Assembly: GCA_002269645.1 (NCBI GenBank)
Contig: NIVC01000346.1
Coordinates: 237,081-301,080 of the forward strand
Direction: 5' to 3'
DNA length: 64,000 bases
DNA from: Macrostomum lignano
Taxonomy: Eukaryota
Positions 33,859 to 47,100 of this stretch are shown one piece after another; the stretch's first letter is position 1, and every line of letters begins with the position of its first letter. The position numbers were made by a program, and so were the translations under genes. The notes beneath the pieces were generated by a model. It made no database searches. It was not told the origin of the DNA and saw only the letters and a program-made list of their open reading frames with translations.

Positions 33859-36800
33859 TGTGGTATCCCCAGACTGACTGTTCATTTCATTTATCTATGC
33901 TTGTACCATAGAGTATTCTATTCTTTATAATACACGCGACCGCCAAGAGAAACTTTATATTGCTTGGCCACACGAACACCACATTGGTGGCAGCGGTGAA
34001 AAGAGAAAAGCTACGGATGTACTATTAAGAAAATACCTCGCAGGATGGCCTCAGCACAGTTCTACAGCATTGGGCATTTCGATCCAGACGAAGATCCGCT
34101 CAACAATGCAGATAAGTGGAACGAGTATGTGCAGGAAGTCGAGCTGTTCATGGAAGTGCAAGGAATAGCCGACGAAAAGAAGCAAGCTACATTCTTGCTT
34201 CTAGCAGGGCCGAAAATCCGAAAGCTGTTGCAAACCGTAAGCTATGAACAAGGCTACGAAGCAACGAAGGAAGCGCTCAGCTCTCTATTCCAAGGTGCAA
34301 CCAATAGCGGCCATGAGACTTACAAGCTGCTGTCAGTTAGCCAGATAGAGGGAGAAACGTTTGATTCCTTCTAAAGTCGTCTAAAAAGTGCAGCAAAGTA
34401 CTGCAACTTACACGTCGAGTACAAGCCTGGAGGAAACGAGAGTACAGTGAAGCTTAGCTTCGAGGATCGCCTGCTACGCGATCTGATAGTCCTAAAGAGC
34501 ACATCAAAGCCGCTAAGGACTCTGCTGCTAAAGGAAGGCTCTGACCTCTCCTTGAAGAAGGCAGTAGAAATCAGCAAGAATTTCGAAGCAACAAAAACGC
34601 AGGCTAAAGACATTGAAAAACCAACCAATGAGGCGCGCAACACAGTCAGCAAAATTGACAACAGACCAACTAACAAGCTACAGTTCAAACAGACTGACAA
34701 GCGGACATCAACTCTAAACACCAACAAGTGCGATCGAGTCTGCTACAGATGCAACAGAACAGGTCACCGTCCCTGGGATTGCTTCGCTCGTAACATGGAA
34801 TGCAAATTTTGCCATAAGAAAGGGCACATTAAGCAAGCATGTAGACTATGTCTAAAGACAGGGAGCAGAATAAAAACCAGAAATATTCAGATATCTGAGC
34901 AACCGGAAGAGCAAAATGGCAACGACGAATCGAATGGTGAAGAGATCAACACTGTCGCTAAGACTGAATCGAAGGACTCAGCAGGCGCAAGAGCCAAAGT
35001 GAAGATCAATGGTATTGAGAGTACAGTGCTCATTGACTCCGGATCTTCAGCAAGTTTGATAAGTATGAAATCGTGGGAGTCAGTGAAGTCAAAGGATACC
35101 GTCCTAAACAGATCAGAAAAGCCAAGACTATATGCCTATATGTCGGAAAAGGCGCTGGAAGTCTTGGGAACAACAACACTGGTTGTGATGGCTGGAGACT
35201 CAGTAAAGCGAATCAAATTTATCGTGACGTGCGGTATCAACGCTGAGACAATACTCGGATGTCAAGACAGCATTTATTTGAATTTGCTGCAGATAACGAT
35301 CAATCAGATTGAGAAGAAGAACGAAGAAATCGAACGAATTCTGAAAGATCATCAGGAGGTATTTCAGGGAGTTGGTAGATTGACCACGCAGCCAGCAGTG
35401 ACCATTGCTCTGAAGGAAGGAGTGCCGACATCACAATCGATAACAAGAGTAGCCGCCCATCTCAGAGAAGCACTCTTACAAGAACTGGAAGAGCAGGAAA
35501 ACTCAGGAATCATAGAAAAAGTTGATGGTCCCAGTGCATGGCTTTCGCGGCTAGTTGTCGTCCCAAAAGGAAAGACTGGTAAGGTACGACTGACCGTTGA
35601 CTTACGAAACTTGAACGAGGCAACGGAAAAGCTACAATTTCCTATTCCATCTCTGGATGATCAGCTCACCAATATGGGAGAAGCAAGCTGCTTCAGCTAC
35701 ATTGATGGCAAGAAAATGTTCCATCAAATTGAACTGGACAGTGAATCTAGACATCTGACAGCGTTCTCAACAGGAATCCCTGGACAACCGCTGTACAGGT
35801 ACAAACGATTGCCGATGGGTTGGGTCAACTCGTCATTCTATCTTCAAGCCTACATGACAAAAGTTTTGGCTGGTTTACAAGGACTGCTAAATATTCAGGA
35901 TGATATAATTGTGTATGGAAAGGACGTCAAGGAACACAACAACAGGCTAAAGCAGGTCTTAGCAAGGCTCGTGGAGAACGGCATGACCGTTGGAAAGGAA
36001 AAATGCAAATTTGGAATGAGTAAAGCTACTTTTATGGGATTTATTCTAACCGAGAAGGGAATAACCATCCACGAGAAGAAAACGGAAGCTATTCAAATGT
36101 TCAAACCACCGTGCAATCCAAGTGAAGTTAAATCGTTTCTTGGTCTAGCACAATTTGTTGCCCGATTCGTACCAAACCTAGCAACCTTGTCGAAGCCTCT
36201 GAATGACCCCACAAAGAAAGGAAAGACCTGGGAATGGGGTCCAGAACAAGAAAATTCTTTCAACAGCATCAAAGCAGCGATTAGCTCAACGGAAACGCTC
36301 GCGTACTTTGGAACAGGGCGAGAAACTCAGCTGCGAGTAGACGCTAGTCCTGTCGGTCTTGGTGCGATCTTGGTTCAGCGGCAGAAAGATGGAAATCTAC
36401 AGCCAGTTTGCTATGCCAGTAGAACTCTCACAGACGTGGAGACTCGATACAGTCAAATCGAGCGAGAAGCATTGGCAATTAAATGGGGATGCGAGAAATT
36501 TTCTCACTTTCTCAAAGGAGCAGCCGAATTTACGGTAATAACGGATCATAAACCTCTACTCGGATGTTTTGCATCGAACTCAAAACCACCACCAAGAATT
36601 GAGCGTTGGGCAATGAGATTGCAACCATTCAACTTTAAGATAAAATATGAACCAGGCGACACTAACGAGGCAGATATTTTGTCAAGACAACCGGTGAAAA
36701 CACCAAACGACACACTCTGCAATCGACGCGACATCGCATTCATTAACAGCAAACTTGAAAGCGCAGTAAGCACAGCTCTGAGCTTAGAGCAGATCCGAAA

Positions 36801-38233
36801 AGATTCTGCGATTGATGATGAAATTGTCGAGGCACTGGAATCAATAGTATCAGGAGGAACATGGAAAAAGCACAACAAACTATTTGCAGAAAGAAATAAA
36901 CTATCGGAGCAGAATGGAATTCTCCTGTACGAAGACCGCATTGTCTTGCCGAAGAGTCTGCGACAAAAAGCTCTGTTAATTGCCCATGAAGGACATCAAG
37001 GCATTTCCAAAGCCAAAGAACGACTGCGAAGTACCGTATTTTGGCCTGGTATAAGCAAAGACGTGGAGATCTTTTGCAAGAAATGCAATGTGTGCATCCA
37101 CACAACGAAAAAAGGAAGTCGGATCCCAATTGTGCCAACGGAAATTCCGGATAAGCCGTGGGACAAAGTGGCAATGGACTTCAAAGGACCACTTCCGAAT
37201 GATTGCAACCTGCTAGTTTTCATCGACTACCACTCGAGATTTCCTCTAGTGTTCATCATGAAGCGCACAGAAGCGAGCGACATAGTGCGAATTCTAAAGA
37301 AAGTGATTTCACTATTTGGACCAATGAAAAAAATCGTCTCAGACAACGGAACAAATTTCTGTTCGAAAGTCGTTGACGAATACCTTAACAATCAAGGCGT
37401 CATTCACTCACGGATAATTCCGCGTCACCCAGCAGCAAATGGGGAGGTGGAAAGATTCAATGAAACATTGAACAAAGTCATCAGAAGATCCAGAATTTTG
37501 AATGGATCAAGTTTTGAAGAGGAATTGCAAATCTTCTTGCATGCCTACAGAACAATGCCGATGAGAGCAACAGGCGTAGCGCCAGCAAACCTTTTCTTTC
37601 GGTGGAGCGCGCGGACAAAACTTCCTCAAATGAACGACGAGACAATAGATCCTTTGATTAAGCAGAAAGATAAAGACGCCGACTACAAAAGAAAAATGTC
37701 CAACTACGCTAATCGGAACGCTCGTGACTGCGACATCAAAACAGGTGACACAGTAGTGATTGAAAGGGAAGCAAGGAACAAGTACGATAGTTTTTTTGGT
37801 ACAGAGCAATACTACGTAAGGAAGCGAGTCGGAGGACTGCTGATCCTGGAGAACAAAAGTGGCACAATCAAGAAGCGCCACGTTAACAAGGCCAGAAAGA
37901 TATTCCCAGACTCAGAATCTGACGAGGCTCTGGTATCGTTTTCTGGTGGAGGAGGAATGAGCGACAGTCAGCGAGAAAAGAGGGACGCATCCGAAATACC
38001 ACAGCGTGATCCAAGAACAATGCGCAGAAGTGGACTCCGACCACAGACTGTACTGAGGAGGCCAATTCGTTTCCCTACAATGAACTGATTTTACTAAAGT
38101 TGGAGGGATGTGGTATCCCCAGACTGACTGTTCATTTCATTTATCTATGCTTGTACCATAGAGTATTCTATTCTTTATAATACACGCGACCGCCAAGAGA
38201 AACTTTATATTGCTTGGCCACACGAACACCACA
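33859..38233 (+). mobile_element. Full-length Ty3/gypsy LTR retrotransposon, 4375 bp
   Basis: Identical 125-bp LTRs (33859-33983, 38109-38233; TG...CA). PBS TGGTGGCAGCGGTG (tRNA-Leu-like), PPT AAAGTTGGAGGGA, TSD GTAAC/GTAAT. Confidence 0.98.
34045..38088 (+). CDS. Single-frame Gag-Pol (capsid, two CCHC-type knuckles, protease, RT, RNase H, integrase) with one in-frame TAA at 34372-34374
   Basis: CYRCNRTGHRPWDC, LIDSGSS, IQDDII, VDASPVGLG, TDHKPL, HEGHQG..CKKC, SDNGTNF, NGEVERFN. Domain order PR-RT-RH-IN. Confidence 0.95.
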
Positions 38234-41109
38234 GTAATGCTTAAAAATTTAGGAAATTTTATGATGGCCAAATGTCTGAAAATTACATTAGCAAAAGTCG
38301 AAATATGCAATAGTGAGTAATTGGAACAATCTTTTTGGAAAATCCCATGGTTTAAAAAGCTGGTGCAAAACCGGTAATTTACAGCTGCCTTTAACATTAG
38401 GTTTTATATTAATCTAATAAAAGATAAACTTTCTATTTTTAATTTTAATAAACTTTATAAATGTAATCAATTTACTAGAAACAAGTGAAACATCTCCGTA
38501 TAGTGAATTTTCTCAGTTTGAAAGTGATTGATGGTAGTTATTTTATTTCCTAGTAATAATGGCTTTTATCGAAGTATTATCAAATAAACTTCGTCGCACT
38601 TCACCCAGTCTTCACCCAGTGCCGTCAGAGTTTTTCCAGCCCCGGTGTGACATGCGGACATGAAAACCCATGCGACCCAGTGGTCTCTTCTTTAACACTT
38701 CTTTAATTCTATTTCTATATCTTACCAAAATAATTTAGGTCAGCTAAATCTGTATAAGTGTCGTCAGAGCTCAAACAAACATTTTCCTCAACGTTTGCAC
38801 GCCTGCTCTTGTGCAATGGATGGCGTAATCGCGCAGACCTCTTATCCGGCGCGTTTGTCACAGTCTTACTCGTAGTGAACGCCTTCCCTGGTGGGGCCTA
38901 TAGGGAGGCAGAGGTCCCCGTTGCTGCCCACTTCATGCATGTCAAAATATTCAATACTATGGACCGCTACTCAGACTTGAACCATTTCCGAATCACGCTC
39001 GACGGGAGGGTCTGCAACGCATACAGAGGAAGCTTCTTCACTGCGTGATTTTGACTGCAATGGTTGGGGAAAAGTTCTACGAATTGAAAGCTTGATAAGA
39101 TGGGCTCCGTTTGAGACTGATTGAGGTGGAAGCGTTAGGCGACACGGTGAGATCCACTGAAAACGAGACAGCACCAAGTGCGTTGCTCTTCCGTCAGTTT
39201 TTTTCGGCGATTAGAGGAATGTAATCTCCTGTAATCATCGACTGTATTGGTCTTGTTGAATACGACCACCATAAATATTACGACAGTTTAAGAGTGAGCA
39301 GCCCACACAATCCGGGTCCATCCATTTTGGGAGACTCAGCCTCAGTGGTTGATCCAGTACACTGCAGCTACTACTTATAACAAATTGTGGGCCTCAGAGC
39401 TCAGCCAATTTTCTGGTGAAGGTCGACGGTAGAATTTGTTTCAGATTTACAGAAGTGAAAAATCGAAGTCAAACTTTTTATTTGAAAAACGAACTCAGTT
39501 GCACGGGCACTACCTTCCGTATTGAGCTGGACGGAACCGACCAGTTGCTGTGCCTCGGGGAAGTTGAGTTGTATGCAATCTAGTACATAGAATTTCGGCT
39601 AACTAATAAATAGATAATCGAATAGTTATCGAATAGAGAAATAATTAAAAAGTTAAATTATATGAGCCCACTGCAGTAGTTCATTTTGCCCATAAAGATA
39701 GGAGAGTTGCTAAGTCTTATTTTACTAAATTCATTCTAACTTCGGCTTAGCTAAACATTGTTCAGGAAAAAACTAATTGCCATTGTGTCTGACTGAAAGT
39801 ATACAGTACGAGCTATATACAATATCCGAAGCATCAAGACAAAGACTGGAAGGGTTGCGATAAAGCAAAAAATCAAAAAAGAAGGACGCCAATAAATGGC
39901 GGAGGCATCAGCCAACATATAGAGATAACTGTTTGCCGTAAAGTAAACCACATGTAGTATAGCAGCAAAACTCGGTGGAGTATCAGAAAAAATGATTTGG
40001 TATCACTTTGTGGATGTCTCGTTTAAATATATATAAATTATATAAGGTATTAACAGAGTTTAGCATCAAAACAAGCTTATAGGCTGCTTGTTTAAATGAA
40101 GTCACTATAAATTTAAAGGAAAACTGCTGTTTTACTCCATGCTTTAGTCTGTTTAAATATTTCTGTTTTTATTTTTTCATTTGCGAATTTGCTGCAGGAC
40201 AGCTGCTTCTCGACGACTGTCGGCAGAGCCCAGGCCAGCATGGCTCCTGCAACACAGCCATCGATGGAGTTGACTCGATAGATTATTTATCAAGATACGT
40301 CGCAGAGTTTGAATACCCGTGGTGTGAGGGCCAATTCACACAATGGATTGAATGTCACTGATTGAAGTGCAGGCCTTTAGAGAACTTGCTCACTTGCAGT
40401 ACGATGGTCCAAACTTTTGAAAGAAGGGATTGGAAAATTGAAATTCTTGATGTCTAACTTATATCTTTTCCTAGCAACAAGTCTTTTGGTGTTCTCCCTT
40501 CAGTTTCAGGTTAAATGTATTGTTAAAGCTGATAAGCAGAGTACAATTTTTATCTCATGAGTATAGAAACAGTATAGCAGGAATCTATATGTTTATTCTT
40601 TATTCTTTGAAAAATATTAAAATATACTAAATTTCTGATTTCATTGTCTGTTAATTGTTTAATTATAAAACAAACGATTCCCGAGTAAAGTCTAATAAAT
40701 ATTTTTGAAGACGTATGGATTGATGTCAGAATCTTTTGATAAATTTAATGCACACAGGGCTACCTACTGTATAAGGAGTAATAAAGATAAAGCTGATTAT
40801 CTTGCAGTTCTGTGTGGGTGACTAGGGGCCACACCCAACACAGAGACTCTTACCCATGACACCATGCAGTCCTGAACGCCACTGCTCCTGGTGACTGCAT
40901 AATGAATAACGCCCTGAATAATAAATGCTGCCCTCAGAGCAGCAGCTTTCCAAATTCTGAAATGTTGTCAGAGACTTACGACACCAGGCACTCTGGCGTG
41001 CTCATCTTAGCCTGCTCACACCTGAATGAGCAGTAGCCGCATAAAAACACGGGTAGCTGATGGTATAGCAAGTCACATCTCTCTGACTTCTCAGTCAGGT
41101 ACCAAAGCA

Positions 41110-44100
41110 ATGCTTGGATTTGTGCCACTACTCTCTGTATTATGGGCCAGTTTGCCCATTGCTGAAACATTTTACCAGACGCCGCTGTTCAATGCTGCGC
41201 TTCGTCGTCCACTGAGCACCTCGCCTGCTCAATCTGCTTGCGGTGTTCCAACGCCTCAACGCTTAATCGATTGTCCAGATGGCTCGAGCGGCAGCTGCTA
41301 CTGTAATCGAACATGTCCTCACGGCTACGCAGCACCGACACCAGCGCTGAGTCTTCTAGACTCATCCGTTGTAACTAACGGCTCTGCAAATGCGAGTCAA
41401 GAGTATTCGATCGCAAAAATGAAGCTGCCACTGGCGCAGGATTGGAAACAGAATGGCGACTTCAGCTTCGGTCTCCGATTCCTGTTGGCTGATGGTTTCG
41501 TCAATGGGTAAGGTTTTTTGGTACTAATTAAGCTGCCGCGATATTGGCTTTTCTGTACTCCAAATATTTCATCTTACGACTCCTTCGATTGCTTTGATAT
41601 CTTAATCAAATATTGAGGCACTACATCTACGTCGGCTAGGATAAATAGGATGTGCGAAATTGAGCTTTAAAAATGTTCGTTTCCCAGAGGAAATTTTATT
41701 TTATATTCTTTATTCGAATATTTATTTGCAAGTCAGTCTGGTACATTCGTAAAAAGCGTCATTTGAATCATTTCAGGTCGATTTTTTACCTGACTGATAT
41801 AAACAACAGTCTGGCTTTTGCTGCATCGCTGAGCCCAGCCGGCCTGCATCTTACTTATCGAGACGTGTCGGCAACTCAGCGAAAAATTCTGCACACCGAC
41901 AGCTACCAAACTGGTCGGTGGTATCACCTGGGCTTGCAGGTACACAGAAATCAATGGGCGGTGTTTCTAGACGGCGCGGGACCTCAGCTGACGCCTCTGG
42001 CTGTCTATAACTGGCCAGTTTTAGCACTGGAACCGGTTTCAACTGGTTCGATTGTGCTGGCTAGCGCTTGTTGTGGTAATTGTTTTTTTCGATGTATCTT
42101 CCATACGAGTAGTTTGTTAAAATTATTTAGCTAGAGTTAAGCCAAGATAGCCGTGGTTAGTCAGCAGTTAAATAGGACTGCGTTACGTCTCAAGGCAGCC
42201 ACACTATGGTGCAAAACTGGTCAATTGACCTGCGGTTCCAGTAGACTGCTATGATAGGGTAGGATATTTGCGACACGGTACACGGTATCTGTCGTTGTAG
42301 CCTTTTTAGATCTTTTATTAAAGACAAATCTACTCTATCGTTTTTCAGGGTACTCAGACTTCAATGGAAAGCTAAAAGATTTAAAGTTGTTCAACCGTAC
42401 CATAACAAACCGTGACATGAACCAATTGTACTCCGGAAAGTTCTTGGACTCAGGCCAGGATCTCTCTGAATGCCGATGTCCGTCCAGTCATCCAAGAATG
42501 TCGCTGGACAACCAGACTCTCTGCCTGGCTAACTTTGCTAATGACAGTGAGTTAACGCTACATCCTGCTAAGACTATATCTGAAAAAAACTATACTCAGC
42601 AGCAGCTAACTCGTCTAAATCACACCGCTGATTCACGGCACAGAATAAGGCAATAATTAAAACTGCCAACTTATTCCAGCTTCGAGTGTCCCCCGTCTGA
42701 ATCCGGCCGCACATCCGCTCGAATTCGCCAATGACGGCGACACGGTCAGTTCGTGGATCTCTGCCCGCATGTCGTCAGTAGCCCTGACTGTAGAGTTGCC
42801 AGCCAGTCTCCAGGTAGGCACGGTGGCGCTGGTGCTGCAGGTTGACTCAGGAGCACAGCTGCAGCCGAAGCGGCTTCGCCTTCTGCGATCGGCACACTTG
42901 GAAGGCGATACTTCATGGTCCGTCTGGGCTGAGTTCATCATGAATGCTACAGGCAATGTCACCAGTTGCAGTGTTAACAACGGTAGCGGCGACTGCCGAT
43001 CAATGCCTTCGGCTTCTCAGCCAGGCCGGCTGCTCGCCAACTTCTCTCCGCCGGATCCGTACGCCTCCAAGGAGCAACGAGCAGCAGCCCTGGCCAGACG
43101 AGTTCGCATTGAAGCTTTTGCTCGCGAAGGCTCCCTTGGAGGCTATTACGTTATTTACGAGCTCAGGGTCCTCGCCAGGTGCGACTGCGGAGGCCAGGCG
43201 ACTGACTGCCTTATAGATTCCCACAATGGCAGCGTGAGGTGCTCGTGTCGTCCTGACACCTTCACGCAAGGCAAATTGGTACGCTACTAGTTATGTACTT
43301 TTCCAGCAGTTTTGTGTTATTTTTTACTGTAATTAGGTAGGTGTAAATTGGCATGGTGCAAATGGTATGTTAAGGAAATTATTTACAAAGTCTAATTTAA
43401 TGCCAATACAATGTCCAAGAAAAACATAATAGTATAGGAAAACATGGCTCCACCTAAAGCAGCTAAAATAGGAGGGTGCTACACCTAAGTCAGTTTTTGA
43501 TGCAAAGTTCTTGTGCGGTAAGGCAAGATTGCAGCAGAAGTCTTCCTATGGTACAGCCTACATGTAATATAACTTTATACGCAAAAAGCCCTTTTAAAAG
43601 TTTTGCGTTGTTACTTTTTTAAAGATAAACTCATCATCAATAAGTTATACTTAAAAAAACTTGATGTATGCTCAATGCCGATTCCAGTGCGATGACTGCC
43701 AACCTCTTTACAACGAAAAGCCTTACGCTGTGGGTCAGCCGTGTCGCCAATGCAACTGCAGCGGCCATGCCGACAGCTGCTTCTACAACCGAACCCTGGA
43801 TGACTATCCCGATGAGCTGACTCGTGGAGGCGGCGGAGTGTGCGTCAACTGCGATGCTTTCACTTCTGGACGGAGGTGCGAGCTCTGCCAGGCCGGACAC
43901 TACCGCCCGGACGGGGTCCTGGCAACAGACAGTCGACCGTGTTGGCCGTGCGACTGCAATGAATTCGGCAGTCATGAGCGGTATAACTGCACAATGCTCG
44001 GCGGTCAGTGCTCCTGCCGACCAGGATTCGGTGGACGCCGCTGCGATACGTGCGCAGTTGGTTTTTACAAAAACTTTACTACTTTGAGTAGCATTAACGA

Positions 44101-47100
44101 CAGCTGCATAGCATGCAACTGCAGCAAGATTGGAACGGTCACTGAAGACTTTGACACCTGCGATCCAAGCACCGGCGCCTGCAAGTGCAAGCGGCTTGTC
44201 GGCTCGCGGGACTGCAGCGCCTGCTTGCCGGGTAGCTACAATCTCAGCGTTGAGAATCCGGATGGTTGCCAGGCCTGCGACTGTCATCCTGCCGGCACTG
44301 CAGACTGCAGCTCACAAAATGGCAGCTGTCAGTGCCTGCCAACGCATCAAGGTGTGAAATGCGATTCCTGTCGCCTTGGTAACTGGCGACCAGCAGTTGG
44401 CAGTACCTGTCGTGCCTGCAACTGCACTGCCATTGGCGCTTTGGGAGCCAACAGCACCGGCGGTGATGAGTGCGACCAGAACACCGGGGCCTGCAAATGC
44501 TGGCCAGGGGTCACTGGACCGGCTTGCAACCGGTGCGCCCCGGGGTTTTACAAGCTGTCTGAGACTGGCTGCGTTCCGTGCCGGTCAGACTGCCACCCGT
44601 TGGGCAGTCGTGGATGCGACCCTGTCACGGGAGCCTGCCTGTGTCGGGAAAACGTTGGCGGCGATCGATGCGAACTCTGTCTGGATGGCGCCTGGAATCT
44701 GACTGCGAGTGGGTGTTTGAAGTGCAGCTGCGTTTTTACAGGTAAGCGAAATCGAAGACTGGGGCGCTACAAACGTACGAGTACGCATAGCAACTAAAAC
44801 AACAGATTATTGCGTATCTTTCGCTTATTCAATTATCACAACTTCTTCTGCTGTACTTCACAGTTAGGGTTTGATGTGCCCGCTATCAAAATCTGTTTTA
44901 TATTAGCCTCCACTGCCAACCCTACAAGGAGCAGAACACCAAACTGACAAAAAGCATTCCTGTTTATTTCTTTTTTACGAGCTTAAGATAAACAGCATTT
45001 TAATCGAATGGCAACCAGGCACAACCGGCCAGAGCCAAAGGTCAACCAGCTCCGAAAAACCACACCCACCGCCAAAAAAATTACATCGACACCATAATAC
45101 TACTCGAGAGTTATTGTCAATTTCCAAAAGTAATTTTGCCTAATTAATTTATGCATCAAATCAAAAAATTCTCATTCTTACTCGTTATTATTAGGCACAA
45201 AGCAAGCAGGAAGTAGTTCGAATATCACCGCGTGCAATCCAAGCACCGGTGCCTGTCTGTGCCTGCGTAATCGCACCGGTCGATCGTGCGACGCTTGCGC
45301 ACCAGGTTATCGACCTGCTCCATTCGGCGGAATCGGCTGCATTCCCTGCAGCTGCAATCCCGGTGGCCGCCTTGGAGCTGGCTGCGACTCTGTAACTGGT
45401 AAATGCTTGTGTCGTCTTGGATTCGCTGGACTTCGCTGCGACGCATGTGCCGACGGCTTCTTTGGCTACCCTGCGTGCAACCGCTGCGGCTGCAATCCAG
45501 CTGGAAGTGTTTCGATGGGCAACTGCAATACGACAACGGGTGCTTGCCAGTGCAAGGCCAATGTGGTCGGTGACAAATGCGACCAGTGCAGGCCTGGCAC
45601 GGGGTCACTTGAAGATGCCAATCCCGATGGTTGCAGTGGAGCGCCAGCTCTGCAAGGACCACCCATGATGCTGGCTCGTGGCTCCGGTTTCATCAGCATT
45701 GGCTGGGAGCCGCCAGAGCAACCTAATGGCAACATCACTGGCTTTGAGGTCTTGCAAAACAACAGTCTACGTGCGGTGATTGGCGCATTTGGTAAGATAG
45801 CAGGAATTTATTGTCTTTAATTTTGCCTTTCCAAAACGTTTTAAAATTTACACGATTCTTACACGAACTTCTAGAGCCACGAAACTTCACGGACGTTGGT
45901 CTTCAGGTCTACACAGCATACAGCTACTCAATCGTGTCAAAAAACTCTGCTGGTTCTGTTGCCAGTCGACCGCGAATTTTTTTCACTTTGCCAGCCGCAC
46001 CGTCGGGCACTTTGACTGTAAATGCCACCAGCATACGCTCAACAACGGCGCACATTACCTGGTCTGGGCCCAGCGAGCCAAACGGACCAGTAGATAACTA
46101 TACAGTCACGTCTACCAACACCTATTCACCCGCTGAGAGTAAAGTTCACGCTGTCCTACCAGGCTCAGCCGATTTCGCCAAGATTACTGACCTGCGCGTC
46201 TTTGCCGACTATCGCGTCAGGGTTGTTGCATGCGGCCCCGGTGGCTGCCTCATCAGCCCCCTTGTCAGATTCACCACCCTCGGCTTGCCTCCAGCAGGTC
46301 TGGGTGCTGTTAACGCAACCGCCGTAAACTCAACTGCACTTTTCGTTGCTTGGCCATTTCCCAGCCAGCCGAACGGTATCCTGCTTCGCTTTCAACTCTG
46401 GTTAAATGACAGCACAGTTGGTAGCCCAGTGTTCCAGTCGGAGGGTCGCTACGATCCGCGGCTGTCTCCGACGCCAGTAAGCCTTCCGGGCGTGAACAAC
46501 TCTGGTCCAGCAGCTTCAGCGCTAATCACCGGCCTTCGACCATTTTCCGTATACGCTTTGCGACTTGCTGCTGTGGGTAGTTTTGGAACTACTTTTACGA
46601 ATTGGTTTGTTGCTAGGACAGGTTCCACGTCACTCGCGGCGCCACCATCAGCGCCAAAGCTGACTCCAATTAATTCAACTAGTGTTAGCATCACCTGGAC
46701 TATTCCTGATAGAGGCATTCTGCTAGGCGAACTGGCCAATGTCAGCATTTTAACGAAGATATCAACATCGTTGCTCAGTGCCGTTTTTGTTACCACTCGA
46801 ACGGATGTGAAAATTTTTATTGCGAGTGGCTTTCGACCATTCCAAGATGTAATGTTTGGGTTAAGAGTTTGCAACTATATTTCATGCAGGTGAGATCTAA
46901 AATCGCGAAATTGTGCTAAAGCATAATCAACTGTTATCAATGTGCATCCTAATCGAGGACAGAAGCCATTCAGAAATGCTTGAGCACAACCACAACCTCT
47001 CCAAACCAACATCTCAGAGACAGCCCCATGGCTGAGACCCGACTCGATTCGGCTCCACCCGAAGACCAGCCGTCGCCGTGGCCACCCGTGCCGCTTAATT

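Larger units (their letters stand above)
32238..40390 (+). pseudogene. Decayed gene with tandem F-type lectin (fucolectin/FTP)-like domains: units at ~32238-32630, 38760-39165, 39200-39583, 40200-40390
   Basis: Manual translation gives recurring AIDS/AMDG/AIDG, PWWEAE/PFWE/YPW, F(I/M)HV(R/K)I, (V/L)D(N/G)(V/R)xC, CGKVGRVLRV/CNGWGKVLRI and LIEVE/LGEVELY/LIEVQ motifs, broken by stops and frameshifts. Confidence 0.55.

Noticed and set aside
34372-34374. Programmed gag-pol readthrough
   Set aside because: The stop lies inside the capsid region, before the zinc knuckles, not at the Gag/protease boundary.
34371-38065. Minus-strand ORFs within the gypsy element, and similar antisense or alternate-frame ORFs over the usherin and ENaC exons
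   Set aside because: Shadows of real coding sequence.
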